Source: an uncultured Verrucomicrobiota bacterium (GTDB taxonomy: Bacteria; Verrucomicrobiota; Kiritimatiellia; RFP12; UBA1067). From it: a DNA stretch of 64,000 bases. The DNA lies in contig CAMOCC010000003.1 in NCBI GenBank assembly GCA_946610035.1, positions 3,713 to 67,712 of the forward strand. Direction: 5' to 3'. The notes beneath the pieces are model-generated. The model ran no database searches, was not told the DNA's origin, and worked only from the letters and a program-made list of their open reading frames with translations. The translations under genes were made by a program, and so were the position numbers. This document shows, in pieces, positions 52,791-62,466 of the stretch. Each line of letters starts with the position of its first letter. The stretch's first letter is position 1.

Positions 52791-54506
52791 ATGACCATAA
52801 AACCCAAGTGGGCTTGGTTCAGCGCCTTCACCGCGGTCTTCGCGGTGTTGGCTGTTTTCGTATTCTGGGGGGCGTGGGCGCTGGACAAGGTGCCGGTCAT
52901 GCCGGATTGTCCGACGTCCTTCCCCGTCGACTACATCGAAGACTGGATGCGCGGCTGGAACCAGAGCGGAAAGTTCGTCCCGAGCGACATCATCGCATTC
53001 CTGGGAAGCCCCTACCTCTGGGTTGAGCTAAGGTACGTCATCGCGATCTACTGTGCGGCGCTCGGGATGGCCTACTTCCTTCGCGGAAGGGGGCTCTCGA
53101 GGCTTGCGTCGTACGGGGCTGGACTCCTGCTTGCATTCTCGGGCTATTGGCTGACGCTTTTCTCGGCGGGGCATCTCGGCTGGTTCCAGTGGATGACATA
53201 CGGCGTATTCGCGTTCGGACTCGTCGACCGCGCACTCGCAAAGGGAAAGGTACGCCACTGGCTCTGCCTCGGCGCGTGCCTCGCATGGGGAAGCTTCCAC
53301 CAGCCGGACCTCTGGCTTCTCTTCACCGTCTTCACGGCGGTCTACTTCGTTTTCAGGTATGTGACGCTCGCCCGCCACACGGACGACGCGACCGGCGTCG
53401 CGCGTTGGCTGCCGCGCAGGTGGCTCAAGGGCGCGGCAATCGCGCTCGCATCGTTTGTCATTATCGGTCTTCCGAGCTTCAGGAGCGCGATTTTCAGCGA
53501 CCTTGCCGGACGCGACAGGCAGATCGAGGAGGGGCAGACTGTCGGCGGCGACGTCAAGGACGACGCGGAGAAGCGTTGGCTCTTCGTCACCAACTGGTCC
53601 ATGCCGCCCGAGGACACTGTTGAATTTTTCAAGGCGAGGGCGCACGGGGACACGAGCTGTCCGATGACGCTCGCCATCGGACAGTATCGCGGCAACGGCA
53701 TCAAGTCCTACACGGGACGCCTCGGTCGCCCCAAGGACGCGCCCTCGGGCAACTACCGCCAGCATTCGCTCTATGTGGGTTGGGCGACGTGCATTCTAGC
53801 ACTGCTCGGCGTTTTGACGGCGTTGGGTGTCCGTCGGCGGCAATCGACTGCCGTCGAAGGCAGTCGAGGCACCATACTCTTCTTCCTGATATCTGGGATC
53901 GTCTTCTACGTGTTCTCGCTCGGGCGTTTCTGCGAACCCGTGTACCGGCTGGTGTATGCGCTCCCGATGGGCGACTACCTGCGCGCGCCAGTGAAGTGGC
54001 ACCACCTTACGGAGTTCTGCATCGTCGTCCTCGCCGGGTTTGGAATCGACGGACTGCTGAAGGCGGCCTGCGCCACCAAGAAGAAGGCCCCCGTGATTCT
54101 TGCCGCGCTCTTCATCCTCTTCGGAGTCTTCGATCTCGCAGTCGAGGCCCATCGCTTCTGTGCGCCGCACAATGCCGACACCCAGATTGCGCCGTTCACG
54201 CAGTATCCGATACCTGCGGATCCCGCGCTTGAGTCGAAGTTCGCGGATGCGGTGAGAAAGCGCGGATTCAATCCCGTAGGGAAGAGCGAGATGACGTTCC
54301 AGCTTGCGGACGGAAGCCTCAAGCAGATGCAAGTCTTCTGGGTGGAGCAGAAAGTGCCGCGTCCGAAAGTGCGCGACGCCGGGAAGACGCTCGGCGACGG
54401 TGCGTATTTCATGGCTGTGGCGTCCGTCCTGGCAACCGGATTGGTCTGCGGATTCCTTCTCGTCTGCGTATTCAACAAGCGCCTAGGGGCGATGAGGGTA
54501 GGATGA
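52791..54506 (+). CDS. Polytopic membrane protein, possibly GT-C/YfhO-like glycosyltransferase
   Basis: 571 aa with many TM segments and a central loop containing NWSMPPEDTVEFF. The functional assignment is tentative. Confidence 0.45.
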   Translation: MTIKPKWAWFSAFTAVFAVLAVFVFWGAWALDKVPVMPDCPTSFPVDYIEDWMRGWNQSGKFVPSDIIAFLGSPYLWVELRYVIAIYCAALGMAYFLRGRGLSRLASYGAGLLLAFSGYWLTLFSAGHLGWFQWMTYGVFAFGLVDRALAKGKVRHWLCLGACLAWGSFHQPDLWLLFTVFTAVYFVFRYVTLARHTDDATGVARWLPRRWLKGAAIALASFVIIGLPSFRSAIFSDLAGRDRQIEEGQTVGGDVKDDAEKRWLFVTNWSMPPEDTVEFFKARAHGDTSCPMTLAIGQYRGNGIKSYTGRLGRPKDAPSGNYRQHSLYVGWATCILALLGVLTALGVRRRQSTAVEGSRGTILFFLISGIVFYVFSLGRFCEPVYRLVYALPMGDYLRAPVKWHHLTEFCIVVLAGFGIDGLLKAACATKKKAPVILAALFILFGVFDLAVEAHRFCAPHNADTQIAPFTQYPIPADPALESKFADAVRKRGFNPVGKSEMTFQLADGSLKQMQVFWVEQKVPRPKVRDAGKTLGDGAYFMAVASVLATGLVCGFLLVCVFNKRLGAMRVG

Positions 54507-54742
54507 CAAACGCAGAGACATTCGCGGACAACTCGAAGCGCGAGGCTTTCCTTGCGCTTGCCGCGCGCATTTTCGGAGTCGATGCGGAGAAGCTCCAATG
54601 GACGACCGCGCGCGGTTCGATACCGGAGTGGGACAGCGTCAACCACCTCCGGCTCGTCATGGAGGCGGAGTCCGAATTCGGCGTAAGGTATCCGCTGGAG
54701 CGCATACCTGGCTTGTCGACGCTTGAAGATTTCATCAAATAA
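54503..54742 (+). CDS. Acyl carrier protein-like (phosphopantetheine-binding)
   Basis: 79 aa. EWDSVNHLRLVMEAESEFG matches the carrier-protein Ser motif and helix II. ATGA overlap with the upstream gene. Confidence 0.65.
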   Translation: MTNAETFADNSKREAFLALAARIFGVDAEKLQWTTARGSIPEWDSVNHLRLVMEAESEFGVRYPLERIPGLSTLEDFIK

Positions 54743-54755
54743 AAAGGAGTAACAA

Positions 54756-55067
54756 ATGGCCATTCGTGATGTCAATGAAGCCGACTTCGAGGAGGCTGTT
54801 GCAAATGGGGTTTCGCTCGTTGATTTCTGGGCGACGTGGTGCGGACCCTGCAAGATGCAGGGCGCGATCCTCGAGACGAAGATCGCCCCGGCGCATCCGG
54901 AACTCAACATACTCAAGGTCGATGTCGACGAGAACCAGAATCTCGCCGCGAAGTTCAATGTGATGTCCATACCTACGCTTCTCGTCTTCAAGGACGGCAA
55001 GGTCGCGCGCGAGTTCGTCGGCGTCACCTCGCCGGACGAGATCATGGCGGCGGTTCAGAGCGTTTGA
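54756..55067 (+). CDS. trxA: Thioredoxin
   Basis: WATWCGPCKM active site. 103 aa. Confidence 0.93.
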   Translation: MAIRDVNEADFEEAVANGVSLVDFWATWCGPCKMQGAILETKIAPAHPELNILKVDVDENQNLAAKFNVMSIPTLLVFKDGKVAREFVGVTSPDEIMAAVQSV

Positions 55068-55080
55068 AAGGCGGAAGACC

Positions 55081-55836
55081 ATGAAGCTTGAACCGAATCT
55101 CCACACGCTTGTGTGGGGCACCGAAAGCTGGGAGGTGTCCGCACACCCCAGCTCCCCGAGCGTCATCGCCGACGGACCCGACAAGGGCCGCAAGCTCTCG
55201 GACGTCAAGGGCGGATTCCCGCTCCTCATCAAGGTTATCGACGCCAAGACGCGTCTTTCCGTACAGGTACATCCGAACGAACGGACGGCCCCGCTCACAG
55301 GCGGCGAGCCTAAGACGGAGATGTGGTGCGTCCTCGAGGCGGGGCCGATATACGCGGGGCTCAAGCCGGGGACGACGCCGGAGGCGGTCGAGAAGGCGAT
55401 CGAGAGCGGCAGGTTCGAGGAGATACTCGTCCGCCACGATGCAAAGCCATTCGAGACGTTCTTCATTCCGGGCGGCCTCGTCCATGCGATCGGCGATGGC
55501 GTGAAGCTGTACGAGGTGCAGCAAAGCTCCAATACGACCTACCGCCTCTACGACTGGGGACGACTGGGGGTGGACGGCAAGCCGCGCGAACTTCACATCG
55601 AGAAGTCCCTGAAGTCCATCGACTTCAACCTCCCCGTCCCCGTGCCTGCACGGGACGTCCGCTGCGCCTTCTTCGACTTCTCCCAGAGGGAATTCGACGC
55701 GCCTACCGAGGTGACGGCCCCGGACAACTCGTTCCTGGTGGTGTATGAAGTCGGAAAGGGCGCTTCCACGCTGCTCGATCCGGGCGAAAAGCTCGCTGTC
55801 GGACCGGGCCGTGTCTTCCTGACGAAGCTGCCGTAG
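55081..55836 (+). CDS. manA: Type I phosphomannose isomerase (short cupin form)
   Basis: LWGTESWEVSAHP...LLIKVIDAKTRLSVQVHPN...GLVHAIG...YEVQQSSNTTYRLYDW. Confidence 0.8.
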   Translation: MKLEPNLHTLVWGTESWEVSAHPSSPSVIADGPDKGRKLSDVKGGFPLLIKVIDAKTRLSVQVHPNERTAPLTGGEPKTEMWCVLEAGPIYAGLKPGTTPEAVEKAIESGRFEEILVRHDAKPFETFFIPGGLVHAIGDGVKLYEVQQSSNTTYRLYDWGRLGVDGKPRELHIEKSLKSIDFNLPVPVPARDVRCAFFDFSQREFDAPTEVTAPDNSFLVVYEVGKGASTLLDPGEKLAVGPGRVFLTKLP

Positions 55837-56095
55837 CCATATATTGTGGACGGCTTGCGTCGCCGCGGCACATTCCATTGTGGTTTTTCAGGGGTCTGAA
55901 ATCCATCTGGAGTGTGCCGCCGATTGTTTTTCGGGGGCCTCGGGCACTATCCGTAGTGCGTTTCATGGACATGAAAACACAACTCAAATGGCGCGCAAGG
56001 GCCTCGAAAGTGCCGCCGGACCCCATAAATACGGCCTTTCGGGTGTGTCAAGCCTCGTCAAAGGCCGATTTTATTGATTTTTTTCATTTTCCCCC

Positions 56096-56124
56096 TTGTC
56101 AAACCCAATAAATATTGGTATATT
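56096..56124 (+). promoter_or_regulatory. Promoter of HU gene (-35 TTGTCA, 17-nt spacer, TGGTATATT)
   Basis: TTGTCA at 56096-56101 and TGgTATATT at 56116-56124. Confidence 0.6.
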
Positions 56125-56176
56125 ATGATCAAACTCGTGAGGGATGGTCCCTTGTGAGACAACTAAGGATCAAAAA

Positions 56177-56479
56177 ATGGCTAAGAAAGAAATCGTCCCG
56201 ACCACCAAGAGTGGTATCATGGCCGCCCTCGCCGAGGCCGGTCAGATCAGCAAGAAGCAGGCCGTCGCCGTGTACGACAAGCTCGTCGACATCGCGATCA
56301 AGGGTGCCAAGCAGGAGGAGAAGGGCCTTACGCTCCCCGCCATTGGCAAGGTCAAGCTCGTCAAGCGTCCTGCTCGCATGGGCCGCAATCCCGCGACCGG
56401 CGAGACGATTAAGATCAAGGCCAAGAAGGTCGTCAAGATCGTCGCTTGCAAGGCGTTCAAGGACGCGATCCTTGGCTAA
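56177..56479 (+). CDS. hup: HU-family DNA-binding protein
   Basis: MAKKEIVPTTKSGIMAAL...RMGRNPATGETIKIKAKKVVK. 100 aa. Confidence 0.9.
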   Translation: MAKKEIVPTTKSGIMAALAEAGQISKKQAVAVYDKLVDIAIKGAKQEEKGLTLPAIGKVKLVKRPARMGRNPATGETIKIKAKKVVKIVACKAFKDAILG

Positions 56480-56504
56480 GGCGCCTTTTCAGGCTGATAG
56501 AGAC

Positions 56505-56534
56505 AAAGACGCGGCTACACGGCCGCGTCTTTTG
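56505..56534 (+). terminator. Rho-independent terminator after hup
   Basis: 11-bp stem 56505-56515 / 56522-56532 (aaagacgcggc / gccgcgtcttt), 6-nt loop, T-run. It abuts the next promoter. Confidence 0.7.
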
Positions 56535-56543
56535 TGGTATAAT
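56535..56543 (+). promoter_or_regulatory. Extended -10 promoter TGGTATAAT; apparent leaderless start
   Basis: Motif at 56535-56543, with the ATG at 56550 (6-nt gap). Confidence 0.55.
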
Positions 56544-56549
56544 AGGGGC

Positions 56550-58328
56550 ATGCGTTCATTCTACACATTCCTCGTTGCATTGGCCGCCTGCGCCGGCCAT
56601 GCGATGTCCGACGCGGGGATCGTCCTGGCCGTAAGGGGGCGTCCGGCGGATGCGTGCATACGCATCGCGAGCGGGGCGGGTCCGTGCGTGAGGTATGCGG
56701 CGGACGAGCTGGCGGCGTACGTTCGGCGGATGACGGGCGTCCTGATGCCGGTCGTGGAGGCGTCAGGAGACGCGGTGGGGCTCAAGGCGGCGGAATTGCG
56801 GGTCCGTCCCGGTTGCGGGCTTGGTCCGGAGGGCTACCGTCTCAAGGCCTCTCAGGCAGGACTTCTCATAGAGGGCGAAACGCCGCGCGGGGTGCTGTTC
56901 GGCGTATACGGGCTTCTTGAGACGTTTGGCGGGGTGGAGTGGCTTTCGTGGACGCAGACGGTCGTGCCGAAACGCGAGGAGTTCTCCGTGCCGTCCGGCC
57001 TTGATGCGACGGAGAGGCCCGCGCTCGACATGAGGGAGTGCTGTTTCGAGGATGCGAAGCACCCCGACTTTGCGGCGCACCTGAGGCTGAACGGGCCTTT
57101 TCACGAACTCCTTGCGCGGCATGGCGCGGACGGGCGGCATGGATTCGTCAGGGGCCTTGGCAGGTGCCACACGCTCCCGAGTCTCATGCCGGCGAAGGAG
57201 TTCTTCAAGGACCATCCGGAGTATTTCGCCATGATGGACGGGAAGCGGGTCCCGTACGGACAGCTCTGCCTCACGAATCCCGACGTAATCAGGATCGTCA
57301 CGGAGCGCGTCCTTGAGAGGATAAGGAAGGATCCCGTTCCGAAGTACTACGGGGTGAGCCAGGCGGATGCGCTGTGCTGGTGCGAATGCGAAAGGTGCAC
57401 GGCGGGCTACGACTCGACGGGCGCGTATTCTGGTCCGCTCGTCGCCTTCGTGAACCAGATCGCCTTCGAGGTGGAGAAGGAGTTCCCCGGCAAGATACTG
57501 GAGACGCTCGCCTATCGCTATACGCGCATGCCGCCGCAGAGGATCAAGCTCAGGCCCAACGTGATGATATGCTTCTGCTCGTTCTTCCGGGACTACCGCG
57601 AGCCGCACCGCGTCAGCTCGTATTTCAGGAGCAGGGACCTCGTCCGCGAGCTGGACGGCTGGAGCCGCCTTGCGAACCACCTGATGATCTGGGACTACTC
57701 GCTGGCGGTTCGCCACTATCTCATGCCGTTTCCGGACGTGATGACGTACAAGGACAACATCAAGTTCTACCTTGAGAAGGGCGCGACGGAGATGCTGGTC
57801 CTTGGAAGCGGACATGGCTCGGATTTCGCCGCGCTCAAGATATGGCTGTATGCGAAGCTTATGTGGAATCCCGACCAAGACGTCGACGCGCTCATAGACC
57901 GCTTCCTCGCCGGGTACTACGGTGCGGCGGCGCCGCTTGTCCGCAAGTACTTCGACTCGATATACGCGCTCAGGCGCAACACGGAGAAGATGCCGCTCAC
58001 GTTCTACGAGGAGGTGGACGACGGGAACCTCACGGACGAGGTGCTGGAGAAGGGCATAGCGGTTCTTGAGGCGGCGGAGGAGCTTGTGAAGGGCGATGAC
58101 GTGCGGGCGCAGAACGTCAGGGAGGCGCGGCTTTCGCCCGTGTACGCGCTGCTGCTGCGCCGCGCCCGCCGCGGCGGCGGTGCTCGGGGGGAGGGGCGGC
58201 TGGCCAATGCGCCGCTTCTCGACTTCTTCGAGCGGCAGATGCGCGAGTCCGGTCCGATACGCCTCGCCGAGCGCGTCAGCCAGGTCGACGCAAACATGTC
58301 CGCGATACGCGGGCTTGTGGCGGACTGA
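56550..58328 (+). CDS. Secreted DUF4838-like putative glycoside hydrolase
   Basis: Start MRSFYTFLVALAACAGHA (signal peptide). The N-terminal part of the 737-aa ORF-track entry (56115..) is an out-of-frame read-through of hup. The family call is from overall resemblance and is tentative. Confidence 0.55.
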   Translation: MRSFYTFLVALAACAGHAMSDAGIVLAVRGRPADACIRIASGAGPCVRYAADELAAYVRRMTGVLMPVVEASGDAVGLKAAELRVRPGCGLGPEGYRLKASQAGLLIEGETPRGVLFGVYGLLETFGGVEWLSWTQTVVPKREEFSVPSGLDATERPALDMRECCFEDAKHPDFAAHLRLNGPFHELLARHGADGRHGFVRGLGRCHTLPSLMPAKEFFKDHPEYFAMMDGKRVPYGQLCLTNPDVIRIVTERVLERIRKDPVPKYYGVSQADALCWCECERCTAGYDSTGAYSGPLVAFVNQIAFEVEKEFPGKILETLAYRYTRMPPQRIKLRPNVMICFCSFFRDYREPHRVSSYFRSRDLVRELDGWSRLANHLMIWDYSLAVRHYLMPFPDVMTYKDNIKFYLEKGATEMLVLGSGHGSDFAALKIWLYAKLMWNPDQDVDALIDRFLAGYYGAAAPLVRKYFDSIYALRRNTEKMPLTFYEEVDDGNLTDEVLEKGIAVLEAAEELVKGDDVRAQNVREARLSPVYALLLRRARRGGGARGEGRLANAPLLDFFERQMRESGPIRLAERVSQVDANMSAIRGLVAD

Positions 58329-58357
58329 AACCTCCCCAACACAACGCCGCCACTATT

Positions 58358-58366
58358 TGGTATAAT
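58358..58366 (+). promoter_or_regulatory. Extended -10 promoter TGGTATAAT; apparent leaderless start
   Basis: Motif at 58358-58366, with the ATG at 58377 (10-nt gap). Confidence 0.55.
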
Positions 58367-58376
58367 ATATGACAAC

Positions 58377-61300
58377 ATGAAGCAGACACCGAATCCGCAC
58401 GATTTCCTGCTTAAATGGCGGGGGGACAAACTGACAGTAACGCTTGAACTCGACGCGCCCAGGAAGGGCCGCGCCGCTTTTCGCACAAACATCGGCCACG
58501 CTCGAATCAGGCGGCGCGAAATCATCCGCGAGACGGAGTGCGGCGAGACGCCTCTTGCGCGTGCGTGGACCGACATCGCGCTCCCCGAGGTGGCGCCTGG
58601 CGTGTTCCGGGCGGAGATTCCGCTGAACGAGGTCGGCGTCTTCTCCGGCAAGGCGTGTTTCTTCCCCGAGGGTTCCAACGTCCCCGAGTGGCCCGAGGGC
58701 CTCAACACGCACATAAAGGTCGAGAGCGGCGAGACGAAGCGCAACAACTCGATATACACGATATTCCCGCGTCAGTTCGGCTCCTTCAGGGAGGTCGTCC
58801 GCCGTCTGCCGGTGATAATGGACACGATGGGCTTCCGCCTAATCCAGACCCTGCCGCCTTTCCCCGTCCCGACCACGTATGCGGTAATGGGCGAATACGG
58901 ATGTCCCTTCGCGGCGCTGGACTTCCTGTCCGTCGACCCGGCCATGGCCGAGTTCGACGAATACTCGACGCCGATGGACCAGTTCCTGGAGCTGATAGAC
59001 GCCGTCCATGCGCGGCGTGGGCTCTTCCTCGTCGACCTCCCCGCGAACCACACGGGGTGGGCCTCGGCGCTGCAGACGCACCATCCCGACTGGTTCCACC
59101 GCGAGGCGGACGGACGCTTCGTGTCGCCTGGCGCGTGGGGCGTGAAGTGGGCCGACCTCGTGGAGCTCGACTACAGCAACCCGGAGCTGCGCGCGTACAT
59201 GGCCGACGTGTTCCTCTTCTGGTGCCGCAAGGGCGTTGACGGGTTCCGGTGCGACGCCGGATACATGATCCCCGCCGACACGTGGGAGTACATCGTAGCG
59301 CGCGTTCGCGAAGAATACCCCGATACGATATTCATGCTTGAGGGGCTGGGCGGGGATCTGGCGGTGACGGACAGGCTCCTTTCCGAATCGAATCTCGACT
59401 GGGCGTACTCCGAGATATTCCAGACCTACGACCGCGGCGCCTTCGAGTGGTACCTCCCGCAGGCCGCCGCGCGAAGCGAAAAGTACGGGACGCTCGTGCA
59501 CTTCGCCGAGACGCACGACAACGACAGGCTTGCGAAGAACGGCGTGACGTACGCCAAGCTTCGCGTCCAGCTGGCGGCGCTCCTCAGCTGGCAGGGAGCC
59601 TGGGGGATCGCGAACGGCGTGGAGTGGTTCTGCAAGGAGAAGATCGACGTCCACGGACGCAACGACCTCAACTGGGGCGCGAAGGACAACATGGTGGAGC
59701 TTATTTCGAGGCTGAACTACATCCTCGACACCGATCCCTGCTTCGCCGGCTCCAGTCACCTCGAGGTCGTCACGCGAGGCGCCGGCAACACGCTGGCCGT
59801 CGTCAGGGAGTGCGCCGTCGACAATGGCGACGGAAGCTCCGAGCCCGTGAAGCTCCTCCTCCTCGCGAACCTCGACTGCGGACGCCCGGCGGCGATTGAA
59901 TGGGACCTGAACAGCTTCCCGGAAAAGGAGGCGTTCGACATCGTGACGGAGCGGTACGTCTCGCTGACGGGCCCCGTCCACCTCCAGCCGGGGCAGGTCC
60001 TCTGCCTCAAGCCCGTCGCCAAGGAGGTCCCGAGCCTCCCCGTCGACGCCGACGGCGTGCCTGTGGCGGGCGAAATCGACCCGGATACGATCATCAAGAT
60101 CGTCAAGCCCGTCGGGAACCCGAAGGTCGGGCACTTCTTCCACTGGAAGTTCCCGCGCGACGTCAACCGCGAGGTCGTCGTCCCGGAGGACCAGTGGGTC
60201 GCGGTCTCGGCGCCGTACCATTTCCGCATGCGCGTCATCGACCCGGCCACCGGGAAGACGCTGCGCGTATACCGTGCGCGCAACATAGCCGGCAAGTACA
60301 TGGCGATATTCGACGCGCCCCACTACAAGGGGGACGGCACGCAGTGCCGCAGGCTCCTTTTCATGATGGTCGTCTACCCGACGGGCGGCAAGCCCCAGCG
60401 CGTGCAGTCGACGTTCCTCATCCCGCCGCGCCACGAGTCCGCCAGGATGAAGCTGACGCTTTCCGGGGACGACGTGAGAAGCCACGACGACTGGCGCACC
60501 GTCCTTTCCAACGGCGCCGGCGCGGCCTCGCAGATGCGCGTCGGATGGGGCGAGATCCGCAGCCAGTACGACGCCATCCTCGCGGCGAATCCGAATCCAT
60601 CGTGTCCGTCGGACAGGCTCAACCTCTGGGCGCGGACGCGCTGCTGGCTCCAGCGCGAAGGGTACATGCGCGAGTTCGACAGGAAGTGCGTCACGTCCTT
60701 CACCGCCGATCCGGCGGGACGCTGCGCGCGCTGGGTCTTCCTCGTGCCGTGCGGCATGGGCAAGACGACGTCGTTCGTCTTCGAGGTGTCGCTCGGACAG
60801 GGCGTGAACGCCGCGCGGCTCAAGGTGACGAGGGTCGCGGCAGGCGAGGAGGATGTCGGCGACCAGGTACGCCTCGTGTTCCGTCCCGACATGGAGTGGC
60901 GAAGCTTCCACTCCGTGACGAAGGCGTACACCGGACTTGAGCAGCGCTTCCCGGAGGCCTCGTCGGCGTTTCCCCGCGGCTTCGCCTTCGCCCCCTACGA
61001 CGGCAAGTTCGTGATGACGGTGGAAGGCGGCGAATACCACCACGAGCCGCAGTGGGAATACAACGTCGGGCACCCCGAGGAGGCCGCGCGCGGACAGGAT
61101 CCGTCCGGCGACCTCTACAGCCCGGGATGGGTGTCGGCGGACCTCAAGGTGGGCGAGACGGTGACGCTTACGGGCGAGCTCAACCCGTCGTCCGAAAGGC
61201 CCGTCTTCTTCGACGGCGAATACGTCCTGCGCTGCACGGAGCAGTCCGGAGCGATCCCGATTGCCGAGGCGCTCAAGTCGTCCCTGGACCTCTTCATCGT

Positions 61301-62453
61301 GAAGAGGGACGACCTGAAGACTGTCATAGCAGGCTATCCGTGGTTCCTCGACTGGGGACGCGACACCTTCATTTTCATGCGCGGCATGATCGCGTCCGGC
61401 AGGATCAAGGAGTCAATGGAGATACTCAGGGCGTTCGCCGCCTTCGAGGAAAACGGGACTCTGCCAAACATCATCTACGGCGACAAGGCGGGCAACCGCG
61501 ACACCACCGACGCGCAGCTGTGGTTCATACGCTGCGTCCAGGAGCTGGAGGCGGCCCTGCGGGGGGCTGACGCCCCCGCCTCGGCTGACGGAGCGGACGG
61601 CGTATCGCAGGGCGTGTTCCAGTTCGAGGAGGAGGACGGCGGCATCGCCTTCCTGCGCAAGACGTGCGAATCGCTCGTCGACAACTACATAAAGGGGACG
61701 CCCAACGGCATCAAGGTCGATCCGTCGTCCGGCCTAGTCTGGTCGCCGTCGCACTTCACGTGGATGGACACGAACTATCCGGCATGCACTCCGCGCGTCG
61801 GCTATCCCGTCGAAATCCAGGCGCTCTGGATATCCGCCCTCAGGTACCTCGGACGCGACGCCATGGCCGAGAAGGCGAAGGCGTCCGTCGTGAAGTTCTT
61901 CAAGCGTCCGGACGGCGCAGGCTACTACGACTGCCTTGCCGCGCCCGAAGGCGAAGTCGCGTCGAAGGCCAAGCCGGAGGATACGATCCGTCCGAACCAG
62001 CTTTTCCTCGTAACGCTCGGAATCGTCGACGACGCCTCGATCCTCAACGCGACCGAGGAGCTTCTCGTCCCCGGCGGCATCCGCTCGCTCAACGCGTCGC
62101 ATCCGCTCTACCGCGGCGTGTACGCAGGAGACGAGGATACCTCGAGGAAGCCCGCATACCACAACGGGACAGTCTGGGTGTGGCCGTTCCCGCTCTGGGC
62201 GGAGGCGCTCGTCATGACAGGCGCCGCTTCAGTGGAAGTCGCGCTCGATCTCCTCTCCGGCGCAGTTGAGAACCTGAACGCAGGTTGCATCGGGCACCTG
62301 AGCGAGAATGCGGACGGCGACGCGCCGCATGCGCAGAAGGGCTGCACGGCGCAGGCGTGGAGCGATTCGGAGCTTCTTCGCGTGTGGCTTGGACTGTCAC
62401 GGCGCAACCGCGCCTCGACGTGCGGCGACGGGCAGAGAACCGGAACAATGTGA
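58377..62453 (+). CDS. Eukaryote-type bifunctional glycogen debranching enzyme-like protein (GH13 transferase-like domain + GH133 amylo-alpha-1,6-glucosidase domain)
   Basis: GH13 motifs VDLPANH, GFRCDAGYMIP, FMLEGLGG and FAETHDND in the N-terminal third. C-terminal AGYPWFLDWGRDTFI and following (alpha/alpha)6 GDE_C-type blocks. 1358 aa. Confidence 0.75.
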   Translation: MKQTPNPHDFLLKWRGDKLTVTLELDAPRKGRAAFRTNIGHARIRRREIIRETECGETPLARAWTDIALPEVAPGVFRAEIPLNEVGVFSGKACFFPEGSNVPEWPEGLNTHIKVESGETKRNNSIYTIFPRQFGSFREVVRRLPVIMDTMGFRLIQTLPPFPVPTTYAVMGEYGCPFAALDFLSVDPAMAEFDEYSTPMDQFLELIDAVHARRGLFLVDLPANHTGWASALQTHHPDWFHREADGRFVSPGAWGVKWADLVELDYSNPELRAYMADVFLFWCRKGVDGFRCDAGYMIPADTWEYIVARVREEYPDTIFMLEGLGGDLAVTDRLLSESNLDWAYSEIFQTYDRGAFEWYLPQAAARSEKYGTLVHFAETHDNDRLAKNGVTYAKLRVQLAALLSWQGAWGIANGVEWFCKEKIDVHGRNDLNWGAKDNMVELISRLNYILDTDPCFAGSSHLEVVTRGAGNTLAVVRECAVDNGDGSSEPVKLLLLANLDCGRPAAIEWDLNSFPEKEAFDIVTERYVSLTGPVHLQPGQVLCLKPVAKEVPSLPVDADGVPVAGEIDPDTIIKIVKPVGNPKVGHFFHWKFPRDVNREVVVPEDQWVAVSAPYHFRMRVIDPATGKTLRVYRARNIAGKYMAIFDAPHYKGDGTQCRRLLFMMVVYPTGGKPQRVQSTFLIPPRHESARMKLTLSGDDVRSHDDWRTVLSNGAGAASQMRVGWGEIRSQYDAILAANPNPSCPSDRLNLWARTRCWLQREGYMREFDRKCVTSFTADPAGRCARWVFLVPCGMGKTTSFVFEVSLGQGVNAARLKVTRVAAGEEDVGDQVRLVFRPDMEWRSFHSVTKAYTGLEQRFPEASSAFPRGFAFAPYDGKFVMTVEGGEYHHEPQWEYNVGHPEEAARGQDPSGDLYSPGWVSADLKVGETVTLTGELNPSSERPVFFDGEYVLRCTEQSGAIPIAEALKSSLDLFIVKRDDLKTVIAGYPWFLDWGRDTFIFMRGMIASGRIKESMEILRAFAAFEENGTLPNIIYGDKAGNRDTTDAQLWFIRCVQELEAALRGADAPASADGADGVSQGVFQFEEEDGGIAFLRKTCESLVDNYIKGTPNGIKVDPSSGLVWSPSHFTWMDTNYPACTPRVGYPVEIQALWISALRYLGRDAMAEKAKASVVKFFKRPDGAGYYDCLAAPEGEVASKAKPEDTIRPNQLFLVTLGIVDDASILNATEELLVPGGIRSLNASHPLYRGVYAGDEDTSRKPAYHNGTVWVWPFPLWAEALVMTGAASVEVALDLLSGAVENLNAGCIGHLSENADGDAPHAQKGCTAQAWSDSELLRVWLGLSRRNRASTCGDGQRTGTM

Positions 62454-62466
62454 TTGCATATCCACC

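Noticed and set aside
56115-58328. 737-aa ORF-track entry spanning hup and the DUF4838-like gene.
   Set aside because: Its first ~145 residues are an out-of-frame, Ser/Arg/Pro-rich read-through of the HU gene and its terminator. A terminator (56505-56534), a promoter (56535-56543) and a signal-peptide start at 56550 define the real gene.
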